This document shows positions 31,121 to 40,693 of a stretch of 64,000 bases of DNA, piece by piece. The notes beneath the pieces are model-generated. The model was not told the origin of the DNA. It saw nothing but the letters and a program-made list of their open reading frames with translations, and did not search any database. Where the stretch lies: the NCBI GenBank assembly GCA_963675525.2, contig CAXXSL010000019.1, positions 32,001 to 96,000 of the forward strand. The letters are read 5' to 3'. How positions within the stretch are numbered: the stretch's first letter is position 1; every line of letters starts with the position of its first letter. Source of the stretch: Anaerohalosphaeraceae bacterium (GTDB taxonomy: Bacteria > Planctomycetota > Phycisphaerae > Sedimentisphaerales > Anaerohalosphaeraceae). A program made the translations under genes and the position numbers.

Positions 31121-32708
31121 TACACTTCATTGGATCGATTGGACCATCATCGCCTTATACGTAGGTTTGATTGCTTATCTCGGTAAACGTTTCTCTGAAA
31201 GCAGCAAATCAACAGGCGGTTACTTTGTCGGCAGTCGATCCATTCCGGCCTGGGCAATCGGCATGTCCGTTCTGGCGACGCTCATCAGCAGCGTGACCTT
31301 TTTGGCCTATCCCGGCGAGGGATTCAGCGGCAATTGGATTCGCTTGGTGCAGGGATTGGCGGTACCGATAACGTTACTGGCCGTCGTCTGGTTTATCGTG
31401 CCCCTCTATCGCAAGTTTATTGGTCTCAGCGCTTATGAATACTTCGAAAAGCGATTTGGCTTTTTTGCCCGGTTGTACAGTTCCGTGGGATTTATCATGA
31501 TGCACTTTACGAAGATGGGAACCGTTTTCTATCTTCTCGCCCTGGCGCTGGCCTCGATGACCGGACAGAACACCTATCATATCGTTTTGATTGTTGGCGT
31601 TATCACGATTCTTTATACGTGGGCCGGAGGAATCGAAGGCGTTATATGGATGGATGTGATACAGGGATTTATCCTTATCGCAGGGGGGCTTGTCAGTTGT
31701 TTCATTTTGCTGCTGAGTTCAGCGCAAGGGCCTTCCCAAATGCTTCAAATGGCCTGGGAAAACGGCAAGATGAACATCGGCGACTTCAGTTGGGACCTCA
31801 CAAGGCTGACGTTTTTCGTCATGTTTATAAACGGGGTATTCTACGCAATTCAAAAGTACGGCACCGACCAGACCATCGTGCAGCGGTTTCTGGTTGCCGG
31901 AACCGACAAGAAAGCCATCAAGGCGGCCCTGATGGGAACTATTTTGTGTGTACCGGTATGGACGCTGTTTATTTTTATCGGCACATTACTATGGGCATAC
32001 TACCGCATGTCGCCGGAGTTGCTGCCTGAAGGCATTACCGGCGATAAGGTTTTTCCATATTTTATCATGACACAGATTCCTGTCGGATTGACCGGGCTGA
32101 TTGTGGCGGCGTTATTCTCGGCGGCTATGTCCAGTCTTGACTCGGACCTGAATTGCCTGGCGGCCGTCGGCGTATCTGATTTTTACCGGCGTTTTAAGCC
32201 GAACAGCAGCGATAAACAGTGTTTGAATCTGGGAAAAATAATTGTTGTCGTTTGCGGGATAATTACCGTTGGCATTGCCTGTCTTTATGTGCGATTGGGA
32301 GGCGAGGCGATTCTGGGAACACTATTCGGATTGTATGCCATTTTTTCAGGTGGAATCGCCGGCATCTTTTTGCTCGCGTTCTTTACCGTGCGTACAAATC
32401 GGAAAGGACTTAATGTGGGCATCATTGCCTGTGTACTGTTTACGGCCTACGCGGTGCTGACCTCAACGAAATTTGATTTAGGCGGTTCTGAAAAACAGGT
32501 AATTCTGAATTTGGGTAAGTTTAACTTTACCCATCATAAGTACATGCTTGGGGTTTACAGCCACCTGATCGTGTTCGTCATCGGCTACATCGCTAGTTTC
32601 TTTTTCAAGCCGGATAAAGACATCAGAGAGATGACATTTTTTGGATGGCTTGAACAACGAAGAAATCCGGATATTGACCTTCCCGGAAAGAGTATCTCTG
32701 AGACATAA
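31110..32708 (+). CDS. Sodium:solute symporter
   Basis: YFVGSRSIP, SAYEYFEKRFG, GGIEGVIWMDVIQ, DQTIVQR, AAMSSLDS. Confidence 0.95.
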   Translation: MLTDTLHWIDWTIIALYVGLIAYLGKRFSESSKSTGGYFVGSRSIPAWAIGMSVLATLISSVTFLAYPGEGFSGNWIRLVQGLAVPITLLAVVWFIVPLYRKFIGLSAYEYFEKRFGFFARLYSSVGFIMMHFTKMGTVFYLLALALASMTGQNTYHIVLIVGVITILYTWAGGIEGVIWMDVIQGFILIAGGLVSCFILLLSSAQGPSQMLQMAWENGKMNIGDFSWDLTRLTFFVMFINGVFYAIQKYGTDQTIVQRFLVAGTDKKAIKAALMGTILCVPVWTLFIFIGTLLWAYYRMSPELLPEGITGDKVFPYFIMTQIPVGLTGLIVAALFSAAMSSLDSDLNCLAAVGVSDFYRRFKPNSSDKQCLNLGKIIVVVCGIITVGIACLYVRLGGEAILGTLFGLYAIFSGGIAGIFLLAFFTVRTNRKGLNVGIIACVLFTAYAVLTSTKFDLGGSEKQVILNLGKFNFTHHKYMLGVYSHLIVFVIGYIASFFFKPDKDIREMTFFGWLEQRRNPDIDLPGKSISET

Positions 32709-32788
32709 ATTTATAGGAACCAGTCCAGGGAAGATAATTGACTATACGGAATCCAGGTAATCAGATAAATAGCTCGGGAGTATTTCTA

Positions 32789-34447
32789 ATGAAGAAGATG
32801 TCTTTGTGTTTGATTATAGCAAGTTGGGGAGTCTGTGCTTTAGCGGCTCAATGTTCTGATGTGGGATTGTATCGTGTATTTGAAAGGCCCCTGTGTAATG
32901 ATAAGGCTTATACAAATAAATTCGCCGATGTTGAGCTGACGGTCACCTACACCGCTCCGTCCGGCAAGACGGTGGATTTTTGGGGATTTTTTGACGGCGA
33001 CGGACAGGGCGGCGGCGACCTTGACACGGGGAACGTCTGGAAGCTGCGTTTCATGCCGAATGAATTAGGCACATGGAAATATCGTTGGTTCTGGAGTGAT
33101 GGAACCGAGGGGGGAACCGGGAGTTTTATGTGTGTTTCCGAAAACGCAGGCAAAGGAATGTTGCAGCCTTATAAGGAGAACCCTCGTTGGTTTGCCTACA
33201 ATGGCACGGAACCGGTCTGGATTAAATCCTATTACGAAACCGGTCACGGCTCGATCGCCCAGGACTTCGACTGGATCACCGCCAATGTGTATCAACCCCT
33301 GCTGGATCGCGGCTACAATCATCTTCAGGTGAACTGGCTGCTGTCGCTTTGCTGTTTTGGCCAATACTACAAAGACGGCCCCAAGCCCTCGACACAAGAC
33401 CTGACGCTGTACCAAGAGGGCCGCGCCTCGAGTACGATGCGTCTCGATGTCTGGCAGATGACCGAGCGACATCTCGGCTGGTTGAACGATCGTAACATAG
33501 GCGTCCACATGTTTCTCGGTTTTGAGGGTCGCAAAAATGACGGGCCAAAGTGGGAGGCGCTCAGTGAGGATGAGAAGGACTTCTACGTGCGTTACGTAGT
33601 AGCGCGCATTGCGCCCTATGCGAACCTGACCGGCTGGAATTTTGTCTGGGAGGATCCGGGCCATCGTGAAACACACGCACTCGGATGGGCACGATTGGTG
33701 GCTAAGTTCGACATCTTTCATCACCTCAGCACGTACGAGGATGAAATGCCGCGAGAGCACGAATACAACCGGCCGGAATATACCTTTGCCGCAATCGAAA
33801 ATCATCGCATTCCCTCCCCCGACCGGGAACTCGATAAGATCTACTGGAAGACGCCCTGGACCCATCACATGGCCTGCCTGCTGGGATACGTGCCCGGCAA
33901 GCCGGTTTACATGTCCGAGGGCAACGCGCTTTGGCGACGCTACTGGCATGAAAAATGCGGCGCCACCCAGGACGATTTGCGACAAGCCGCATGGGCCTGT
34001 GTCACCGCAGGTGCCTCATTTTGCTGGAACGGCCATGCCCGGGAATACGACCTCTACGTGCGCGGTCCGGAGGGAATGCCTTTCCACGGCGATGACAATC
34101 CTTACACGGTATCTGCAAAATATATTGACATCCTGGCCGAGGTAATGAACAACGAAATTGTATTCCAACGGATGATTCCTCAGGATTCTGTCCTGACCGA
34201 TCATGATCCATTGCGTGTCTGGTGTCTGGCTGAGACCGGACGACAGTATCTGGTCTTTGCCGGCCATGGCGAACCGTTTGCCATCAAACCGGCCGAGGGA
34301 AAATACGCGAATAATGTTTGGGTCGACACCAAAACCGGCAAGCAAACCAAACTCGACCCTGTTTCTGCGACAGGCGAGCCGGTACGTTTTGTTCCACCTA
34401 CTCGCGATACAGACTGGGTTCTCCTTTTACGCTGTAAACCAAATTAG
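32789..34447 (+). CDS. Secreted DUF5060/DUF4038 (GH140 apiosidase-like) putative glycoside hydrolase
   Basis: TAPSG...WGFFDGDG...WKLRFMP...GTWKY N-domain; YVRYVVARIAPY; KPVYMSE; C-terminal DWVLLL. Confidence 0.7.
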   Translation: MKKMSLCLIIASWGVCALAAQCSDVGLYRVFERPLCNDKAYTNKFADVELTVTYTAPSGKTVDFWGFFDGDGQGGGDLDTGNVWKLRFMPNELGTWKYRWFWSDGTEGGTGSFMCVSENAGKGMLQPYKENPRWFAYNGTEPVWIKSYYETGHGSIAQDFDWITANVYQPLLDRGYNHLQVNWLLSLCCFGQYYKDGPKPSTQDLTLYQEGRASSTMRLDVWQMTERHLGWLNDRNIGVHMFLGFEGRKNDGPKWEALSEDEKDFYVRYVVARIAPYANLTGWNFVWEDPGHRETHALGWARLVAKFDIFHHLSTYEDEMPREHEYNRPEYTFAAIENHRIPSPDRELDKIYWKTPWTHHMACLLGYVPGKPVYMSEGNALWRRYWHEKCGATQDDLRQAAWACVTAGASFCWNGHAREYDLYVRGPEGMPFHGDDNPYTVSAKYIDILAEVMNNEIVFQRMIPQDSVLTDHDPLRVWCLAETGRQYLVFAGHGEPFAIKPAEGKYANNVWVDTKTGKQTKLDPVSATGEPVRFVPPTRDTDWVLLLRCKPN

Positions 34448-34481
34448 GGTCTATAAGTGTTCTGTTTGCAGGTTTTTAAGC

Positions 34482-35444
34482 CTATGGCGATACCGTTTTC
34501 ATCTCCGGCAGCATAAAAGGTTTTAGCACCTCTTCTGCCGTATATTGGTCAACTTCTTTGTCTGATAAGACCGTTGCCCATGAGACGCGATTGGCGGTGT
34601 CTGCACCGGGTCCGGTGTTTGCCCCTTCTGCATAAAAAACCGTACGCTCTTTTTCCGGCGAGCCCCAGTTATTCCATCCTTCCGGGCGAATATGACGGGC
34701 CATGTCACATTTAACAAAAACAGTCTTCGCGTAGTTACGCCACGGCCGGCCGAGATAGACCTGATTCACATTGTCGGCCGCAGTCAGTTTACATCCAAGA
34801 AAAACGAATCCATACAATCGTCCCTCCGGCGTACTCGCTGCCGTAATATACGAATTGGATTTGCTGTGAATTGTGCAGTTTTCGAAAAGCGCCGTTGCCC
34901 CGCCAAAAATGAAATCCGTTGTTCCCTCAATGTAGCAGTTTTGATAATATTGCCGGCAGTTCGCTCCATCGGCATACAGGGTATCCTGGTTACCCAGTAT
35001 CCGGCAGTTTTTAAATACGCAGCGGTCGGCCTCCACGGACAGGGCTATCGCCTGTCCAACCGGGCCGGCTGTGTTTTCGATAATTAAATTTTCCCCCCTG
35101 AAATCATCCCCCTGAACAAGCAGGGTGGCGGTGTGGAAGGTGCTGTTTCGCCCGCGATTTATCTTGCTGAAATGATCATCCCAGCGAATGAAGACACCGC
35201 CGGCGGTCTGCCCCTGCAATGTCAGCCGGTTGTTCCATGTGTGGATTTTTATTTTTTCCTTGTATATGCCATCTTTGATATAAATAATAATCCGCTCATC
35301 CGGAAATGATTTCGTGCCGTCAATTGCGTCCTGTATCGTTTTGAAATCCCCCGTGCCGTCCGGCGCCACGGAGATTTCGGTTTTGTACTGCCCATATGCG
35401 ACAGTACAAAACAACAGAAGGAATAAATTTATTGTTAGCCTCAT
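34482..35444 (-). CDS. Pectin methylesterase (CE8)
   Basis: GDFKTIQDAI, GIYKEK, QAIAL, GNQDTLY, EGTTDFIFG, YLGRPW. Confidence 0.96.
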   Translation of the reverse strand: MRLTINLFLLLFCTVAYGQYKTEISVAPDGTGDFKTIQDAIDGTKSFPDERIIIYIKDGIYKEKIKIHTWNNRLTLQGQTAGGVFIRWDDHFSKINRGRNSTFHTATLLVQGDDFRGENLIIENTAGPVGQAIALSVEADRCVFKNCRILGNQDTLYADGANCRQYYQNCYIEGTTDFIFGGATALFENCTIHSKSNSYITAASTPEGRLYGFVFLGCKLTAADNVNQVYLGRPWRNYAKTVFVKCDMARHIRPEGWNNWGSPEKERTVFYAEGANTGPGADTANRVSWATVLSDKEVDQYTAEEVLKPFMLPEMKTVSP

Positions 35445-35457
35445 TTAGTTTTCTCCA

Positions 35458-36534
35458 TTAAAACTTAATTGCATGTTTCAATTCTTCGACAGTTTTGAAA
35501 ATAACACGTATCTTTTCGTCTGATACTTTTTCATCCATATTGATGCAGCAGATACCCGTTAGATAAGGATCTTTTGAATGGCCAACCAGTTCAATGATCG
35601 TCTTTCGTATTTGATCCGGGTCTTGGTCTATTATGTCAACAGGACTCAATCGCAGATTAAAAAAAGTGTCCGGTAAATACTTTCGAAGCTGTTTAACATC
35701 GCCTCCGGAACCTACATCGAGAAAATCCAGACGAGGAATTTTAGCGAATGTTTTCGCATATCTATGAGGATCATGGCCGCAATAATGAATACCAAACGGG
35801 CGATTCATATGACTCCACTTGCAATCTATGTCAAACAGGAATTTTTCATAATCGTCAACGGAGATCATCGTGTGACTGCACTCAGAGTGCAGAAATACCG
35901 GCCTGTCGAAATGCTTCACTGTACGGTTAACCGAAATACTGCTGGTGCCTGTTTCAGATTGAATTTGGCTGGTAAATCTTTGTAAGACAGAAGCTATTTT
36001 ATTAAAAAACTCCTTCACCTGTTCGGGCTTGTCAAACATATCCATGAAAAGATTCTGGCCTCTCAAATCGAGCGCTATGTTCAATATGCCACCCCAGTTA
36101 ATATCTCCTACGATGCCGCCATACGTTGTTTTCAGTGATTCAGCTAAATTGACGATTTTTTTATAAGCCGGACTGTTAAAAACCGCATCGATATCAAGCG
36201 CCGTAATATCATCCATTTCCAATGGGATAACCTGGGGCGGAGCATCTTCTTTGTACTCTACTTTACAGCCCAGCATCTCGGATAAAAGAAATCCGGCAGC
36301 GAGATGAACAGCACCGATTTGAGGCAGATTCTTATCCCTGTCAGAGCCCTGGCCGTATTGACCAAACCGCTCATAAAGTACCCGCTCCATCTTTCGCTCG
36401 ACTTCTACACGCTTCAATGGGTTATAGAAAAAATTGTGGTCGAATGTGATGTTCTCATTCGTATACCACCACTGGGGAGCCAAAACGATCTCTACAGGCA
36501 ATAGAACACGCTCATTTTTTTTGTCAAATTTCAT
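35458..36534 (-). CDS. URO-D/MtaA-like TIM-barrel protein
   Basis: ALDLRGQNLFMDMFDKPE, S..DYEKF, GIHYCG; translationally coupled to upstream gene. Confidence 0.65.
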   Translation of the reverse strand: MKFDKKNERVLLPVEIVLAPQWWYTNENITFDHNFFYNPLKRVEVERKMERVLYERFGQYGQGSDRDKNLPQIGAVHLAAGFLLSEMLGCKVEYKEDAPPQVIPLEMDDITALDIDAVFNSPAYKKIVNLAESLKTTYGGIVGDINWGGILNIALDLRGQNLFMDMFDKPEQVKEFFNKIASVLQRFTSQIQSETGTSSISVNRTVKHFDRPVFLHSECSHTMISVDDYEKFLFDIDCKWSHMNRPFGIHYCGHDPHRYAKTFAKIPRLDFLDVGSGGDVKQLRKYLPDTFFNLRLSPVDIIDQDPDQIRKTIIELVGHSKDPYLTGICCINMDEKVSDEKIRVIFKTVEELKHAIKF

Positions 36535-36535
36535 C

Positions 36536-39500
36536 TCACATGCGTCCCGGCGAGATCCCTGCATCGCGTGATGTTACTTTCATATCAGCGGGGATTACTC
36601 CCAAAATCAGGTAGCTGCCCGGGCTGCGGGGATCGAAGGTAATTTCGCCGGCAGGGAAGCTGAAGACGTGAAGATTAACCCGCGGGTTCTCTTCAATTTG
36701 CAGCACATTTTGCATAATGCTTTCGACCCCGCCATATTTGGCGGCCTGGCTGTCGATGTCAAGATTGGGCGGCTTGGCCCAGAAGGCACGGTTTTCATTA
36801 AAGTAGCCAATGAGGATTTGCACCGGTACTTCGGTCTTGATGCGTATGGGTTTGAGCATCCCGGCTTTGCCCGCATTGTGCGACAGGCGAATACCGGTCA
36901 GGCCTTTCAGTTCCTCGGCCATCTGCAGGATGTGATAACCGCGGTCCATAAAGGGCTTGGCCCCGATATTAACGTCATAGGTTTCACAGTCTGTGCTAAG
37001 AAGTTCGAATGGCACGCCTTTGAGCTGCGGGCCGGGTTGGCTGCGTTGTGATTCGTCGTCTCCGAGCTGAGTCAGGCGGACTTTAAAGTCTTCCAGTTCC
37101 TTTTCATACAGCGGCAGCATCTGCTCCCAGTGATAATAATAAGGAACGTTATTCTTCATGCCTCGAGTTGGAATCCGGCGGTGACCGGTTTGCAGCGTGT
37201 TGGCATAACGATAGGTCTTGCTGGTACGCTCGGTCAGCTCGCGATAATACTCCAGGCTTTTGGCCAGATGTTCTTCCGCTTTGTACATACTTTCCGGTTT
37301 ACGACTGTAGCTGTAATCCAGCACCAGGATGGCAGCCCGCACTTTTTCAGCATAGCACTTACTCATCAGGTCAATGCAATGCATATCATTGCGGAGCCGA
37401 TTAAACTCGTCTTGATTGCATGTCACCAGCCCGGTAGCCTGCTCGATTGCCTGCACCGCCAGTCCGCTCCGGCTGATCGCTTCTTCGATGACGGTGACAG
37501 GAGTTTCACCGCTATGCGATTCGCCGACCCATTCTTTTTTCGCGTACTCTTCCAGCCGTTCACCGGGAGGGGCCTGCCATTCCCACAGGCCGCTGAAGGG
37601 CCCGTATGGTCCGGGATTGACCAGTTGATCCAGGAACATGCCCAGGGAGAGGGTTTGGCGATTGCCTTCGGTGATACCCAGACGCCGCAGCAGCATAGGA
37701 GCACAGTACCCGGATTCATTGTAGGCCTTGAGAATCAGTTCTGCGGCCTGAGCGTTGCCGTACATGTCGGTCAAACGCCGAATCCAATATTGATGATCCT
37801 GACCCAGGTCTCGATCAGGCTGCCACAGGTAGCGGGCCCAGGCCTCAAACCAGATCCAGTCGCGTTTGTACTGTTTAAGATAAGGATTGACCTTGTCCGG
37901 CGCATTAGGCCAATCCCAGTAAGCCAGAGGATAGAGGTGCACACCCTGGGCACCCAGGCGGTCGCGACAGGCCAGCACACAGCGGCGAATATAATCCTGG
38001 GCGCCATAGCGAAAGGGCTCCAGGTTGGAAAGTAAGTGTACATTGGCCACATGGGTGGAGCCTAAACGGCTCATGTCCAGGTGCACCTGCTGCCATTCGC
38101 CCCGCGGCTCATAGGAGGTCAGGGATTCACCGTTGTACTTCGCCATGGTGTAAAGATTCGTGTAGTGCTTTAAAGCGGATTCCACCATCTGTTTGACATT
38201 GCCAACCGCATGGGCACGTACGACGATGGGAGGCTCCTCGGTCTTTCCCAACGTGGCCATCGCCTGCTTAACGGCCGCGATAACCGTGTCATTCATCCAG
38301 GCTTCCTGATTTTCCTGCCCCCGCAGGGCCTCACCGAGACAGACCAGCAATCCCACGTTGGGGTACATTTCCATAAACTTGGTGATCGACTTACGGTTAT
38401 AATCGGCAATCAGTTCAGTGGGGGCTGCGTGCTGAGTTTCAATGTTGTGGTGTTCGGCAAAGGGCTTGGATACAAAGATGTTGTAGAACATCTGGATGAC
38501 CCAGATACCGCGTTTGTCCGCTTCTTCCGTCAACAGGCGATACATCTCCACATTGCGCTGATAGACCTCTTCCGAGACCTCCAGGGCGTAAGGATAGTCC
38601 TCCAACTTGACCAGCGAGGCAAAGGGGTGACCGTTCCACAGGTAAAGGGTGTTCATGCGATTGTCAACCAGGAAGTCCAGGAGCTCGATCCACTGGTCCT
38701 TGTCATAGAAGAAGGGGAAGTTTTCCGGTGTATACGGGTACTCATAGGTGTCGCGACCCGGTAAAATTGATGTAAGCTGCATGCCAATGCAGGGACCTCG
38801 CAGACGGAAGTCAGGCACTTCGGTAACATCTAATGCCTTGGGCCATTGGCGGCTTTCTGTTACCAGATCGATGAGTGCCAAAGCCCCATAGAGCGTGCCG
38901 GAATCGCCGTAGCCTTTGACGTGATAGGCACCCTCGGCATCTCGATAGAGGTGGAATCCCTCAGGTGTACGGCTACCTTCTACCCTGTCCAGCTTGTCGC
39001 TACTGAGAATAATGCGGGCTGTACCAAAATCACTGAGATGTTCCCGCAGTCGTTGAGAAGCGTACCTCAGCCGGGGTGTGGCTTCGCCCTCGATCTCAAT
39101 GGCCAAGGCAGCGGGGGCTTGCAGGCGTTTAAATGAGGTCTCGATATCTTCCTGGCTTTTACAGACATGCGCTGGAAAGGGATTGCTCTCATTAAAGACT
39201 TGTAGGGAGGTTATGTTTTCCACAACAACCGGGGTTTCATCGATCTGTCCGTTTGCGTTTTGGATGGGTTTGAGATCCAGGCCGAAGTGCCTTGCCATAA
39301 AGCGGTACATCGCTTTGCGCTTGTTGGGGCCGTAGTCGTGTCCTTCGGCGGCGAAGTGGGCATTGGCCACTTGGGATTGGGCATCATAAAGGCTGTAAAT
39401 CTTTTTGATGAAGGGATACTCCACGTCGGGGGTGTTGGCTGTCCAGTCACCGCCATCGGAGACCAATAACAAAGGACGCGGTGCGGCCATGGCCGTAATT

Positions 39501-40303
39501 TCCACGTTATTGGTGAAGTGATCGGCACTGCGATGGATAGGTTTGCCGCTTTCGCACAGGCAGCCGCCGTACATATAGGATGAGACCATGGCTACCGGCA
39601 CACTGACCGTGATACGGTCATCCAACGCGGTTAGCAGCAGGGTTTGGGTTCCCCCGCCGGAGGCGCCTGTGACGCCCACGCGTTGAGGGTCGGCATCTTC
39701 CAGAGACAGCAGATAGTCCAGGGCCCGCATGTTGTTCCAGGTCTGCATGGTCAGGGCCAAACTGCGGACGTGGATGCGCGGTACCGCCTGATCCGGGTCC
39801 GAGCCCCAACCGAAATTGCCGATGGACAGCGCGATCGCTCCCATCCGTGCCAGCATGGCACAGCGGATCTGGACCTGCTCATTGAAGCGGCTGTCACCCC
39901 AATGACCATTGGGACAGAGTACTACCGGCACAGGACCATCAAGTTCCGAGGGGCAATAGAGATTGCATCCCGCAAAGTAGCCGGGGATGGTTTCAATGGC
40001 GATATTCTCAACGGTGTATCCGTTGTGCTGACGTTTATTGCGGGATATGACATTCAGCGGCGTCCGACGCGGTAGAGGATTCAGATCCATGCCCTTGAGG
40101 ATACAGTCACGCAGGTGTTGACTGTAGTCTTCCCAGTCTGCACGGTTGTGTGTTTGGGTTAGCCGCTCTGTGAGCATGGACTTACCTTGTTCCGGCGTGA
40201 GATACTTACCCTGACATAAATAGGGACTCAGTTCTTCAACTGCCATCACCGTTGTGGCGCTCATGGCAAGACAAAGCAGTGTAATATATTTAAGTTGTTT
40301 CAT
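36536..40303 (-). CDS. Fusion: alpha/beta-hydrolase acetyl esterase + GH138-like alpha-galacturonidase
   Basis: N-half GVTGASGGGTQT, CESG, HDYGPNKR; C-half LRGPCIGMQ...YEYPYTPENFPFFYDK...RMNTLYLWNGHPFASLVKLEDYP resembles Bacteroides BT0997 (GH138). Confidence 0.8.
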   Translation of the reverse strand: MKQLKYITLLCLAMSATTVMAVEELSPYLCQGKYLTPEQGKSMLTERLTQTHNRADWEDYSQHLRDCILKGMDLNPLPRRTPLNVISRNKRQHNGYTVENIAIETIPGYFAGCNLYCPSELDGPVPVVLCPNGHWGDSRFNEQVQIRCAMLARMGAIALSIGNFGWGSDPDQAVPRIHVRSLALTMQTWNNMRALDYLLSLEDADPQRVGVTGASGGGTQTLLLTALDDRITVSVPVAMVSSYMYGGCLCESGKPIHRSADHFTNNVEITAMAAPRPLLLVSDGGDWTANTPDVEYPFIKKIYSLYDAQSQVANAHFAAEGHDYGPNKRKAMYRFMARHFGLDLKPIQNANGQIDETPVVVENITSLQVFNESNPFPAHVCKSQEDIETSFKRLQAPAALAIEIEGEATPRLRYASQRLREHLSDFGTARIILSSDKLDRVEGSRTPEGFHLYRDAEGAYHVKGYGDSGTLYGALALIDLVTESRQWPKALDVTEVPDFRLRGPCIGMQLTSILPGRDTYEYPYTPENFPFFYDKDQWIELLDFLVDNRMNTLYLWNGHPFASLVKLEDYPYALEVSEEVYQRNVEMYRLLTEEADKRGIWVIQMFYNIFVSKPFAEHHNIETQHAAPTELIADYNRKSITKFMEMYPNVGLLVCLGEALRGQENQEAWMNDTVIAAVKQAMATLGKTEEPPIVVRAHAVGNVKQMVESALKHYTNLYTMAKYNGESLTSYEPRGEWQQVHLDMSRLGSTHVANVHLLSNLEPFRYGAQDYIRRCVLACRDRLGAQGVHLYPLAYWDWPNAPDKVNPYLKQYKRDWIWFEAWARYLWQPDRDLGQDHQYWIRRLTDMYGNAQAAELILKAYNESGYCAPMLLRRLGITEGNRQTLSLGMFLDQLVNPGPYGPFSGLWEWQAPPGERLEEYAKKEWVGESHSGETPVTVIEEAISRSGLAVQAIEQATGLVTCNQDEFNRLRNDMHCIDLMSKCYAEKVRAAILVLDYSYSRKPESMYKAEEHLAKSLEYYRELTERTSKTYRYANTLQTGHRRIPTRGMKNNVPYYYHWEQMLPLYEKELEDFKVRLTQLGDDESQRSQPGPQLKGVPFELLSTDCETYDVNIGAKPFMDRGYHILQMAEELKGLTGIRLSHNAGKAGMLKPIRIKTEVPVQILIGYFNENRAFWAKPPNLDIDSQAAKYGGVESIMQNVLQIEENPRVNLHVFSFPAGEITFDPRSPGSYLILGVIPADMKVTSRDAGISPGRM

Positions 40304-40329
40304 GTAAAGACGTCCTCAAATGATGAATA

Positions 40330-40587
40330 TTTCCAGTTTTCGGCGAATTCGACCGTGGTAAAGTCGCCCAGTGAACTGTGCGGTCGATGACCGTTGTAAT
40401 CGACTCGCCACTGCTCATTTTATCACGGGCATCGACCAGTGACAAGAACCAGTTTTCATTTAAGCACTCGGCTCTGAATTTGCTATTGAATGACTCAATA
40501 AACGTATTATCCGTTGGTTTTCCCGTCCGGAAGAGGTCCAGTTTGACCTTGTTCAGGCAGGACCATAGGTCCATGTACCGCGACGTA
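40330..40587 (-). mobile_element. IS3-family (IS407-like) transposase OrfB 3' fragment, frameshifted
   Basis: TSRYMDLW...GKPTDNTFIESFNSKFRAECLNENWF then DYNGHRPHSSLG in another frame. Confidence 0.9.
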
Positions 40588-40680
40588 TGACTTTCCCCCC
40601 GAAAACAGTTTCTATCACATTCGGGTGCCTCTGCGAGAGGTGGCCGTGGAGGGATTATTTATGAAGAAACCAACCGGCAC
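40588..40680 (+). mobile_element. Probable IS3-family left end with truncated OrfA start
   Basis: TGACTTTCCCCCC terminus-like sequence, then GGAGGG RBS and ATGAAGAAA (MKK) at 40661. Confidence 0.5.
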
Positions 40681-40693
40681 AACTATAATTCTA

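Noticed and set aside
33065..38035. Long antisense ORFs (33065-33985, 37130-38035; also 41621-42457, 46937-47674, 60246-60977)
   Set aside because: Shadow frames of GC-rich genes with no recognisable motifs.
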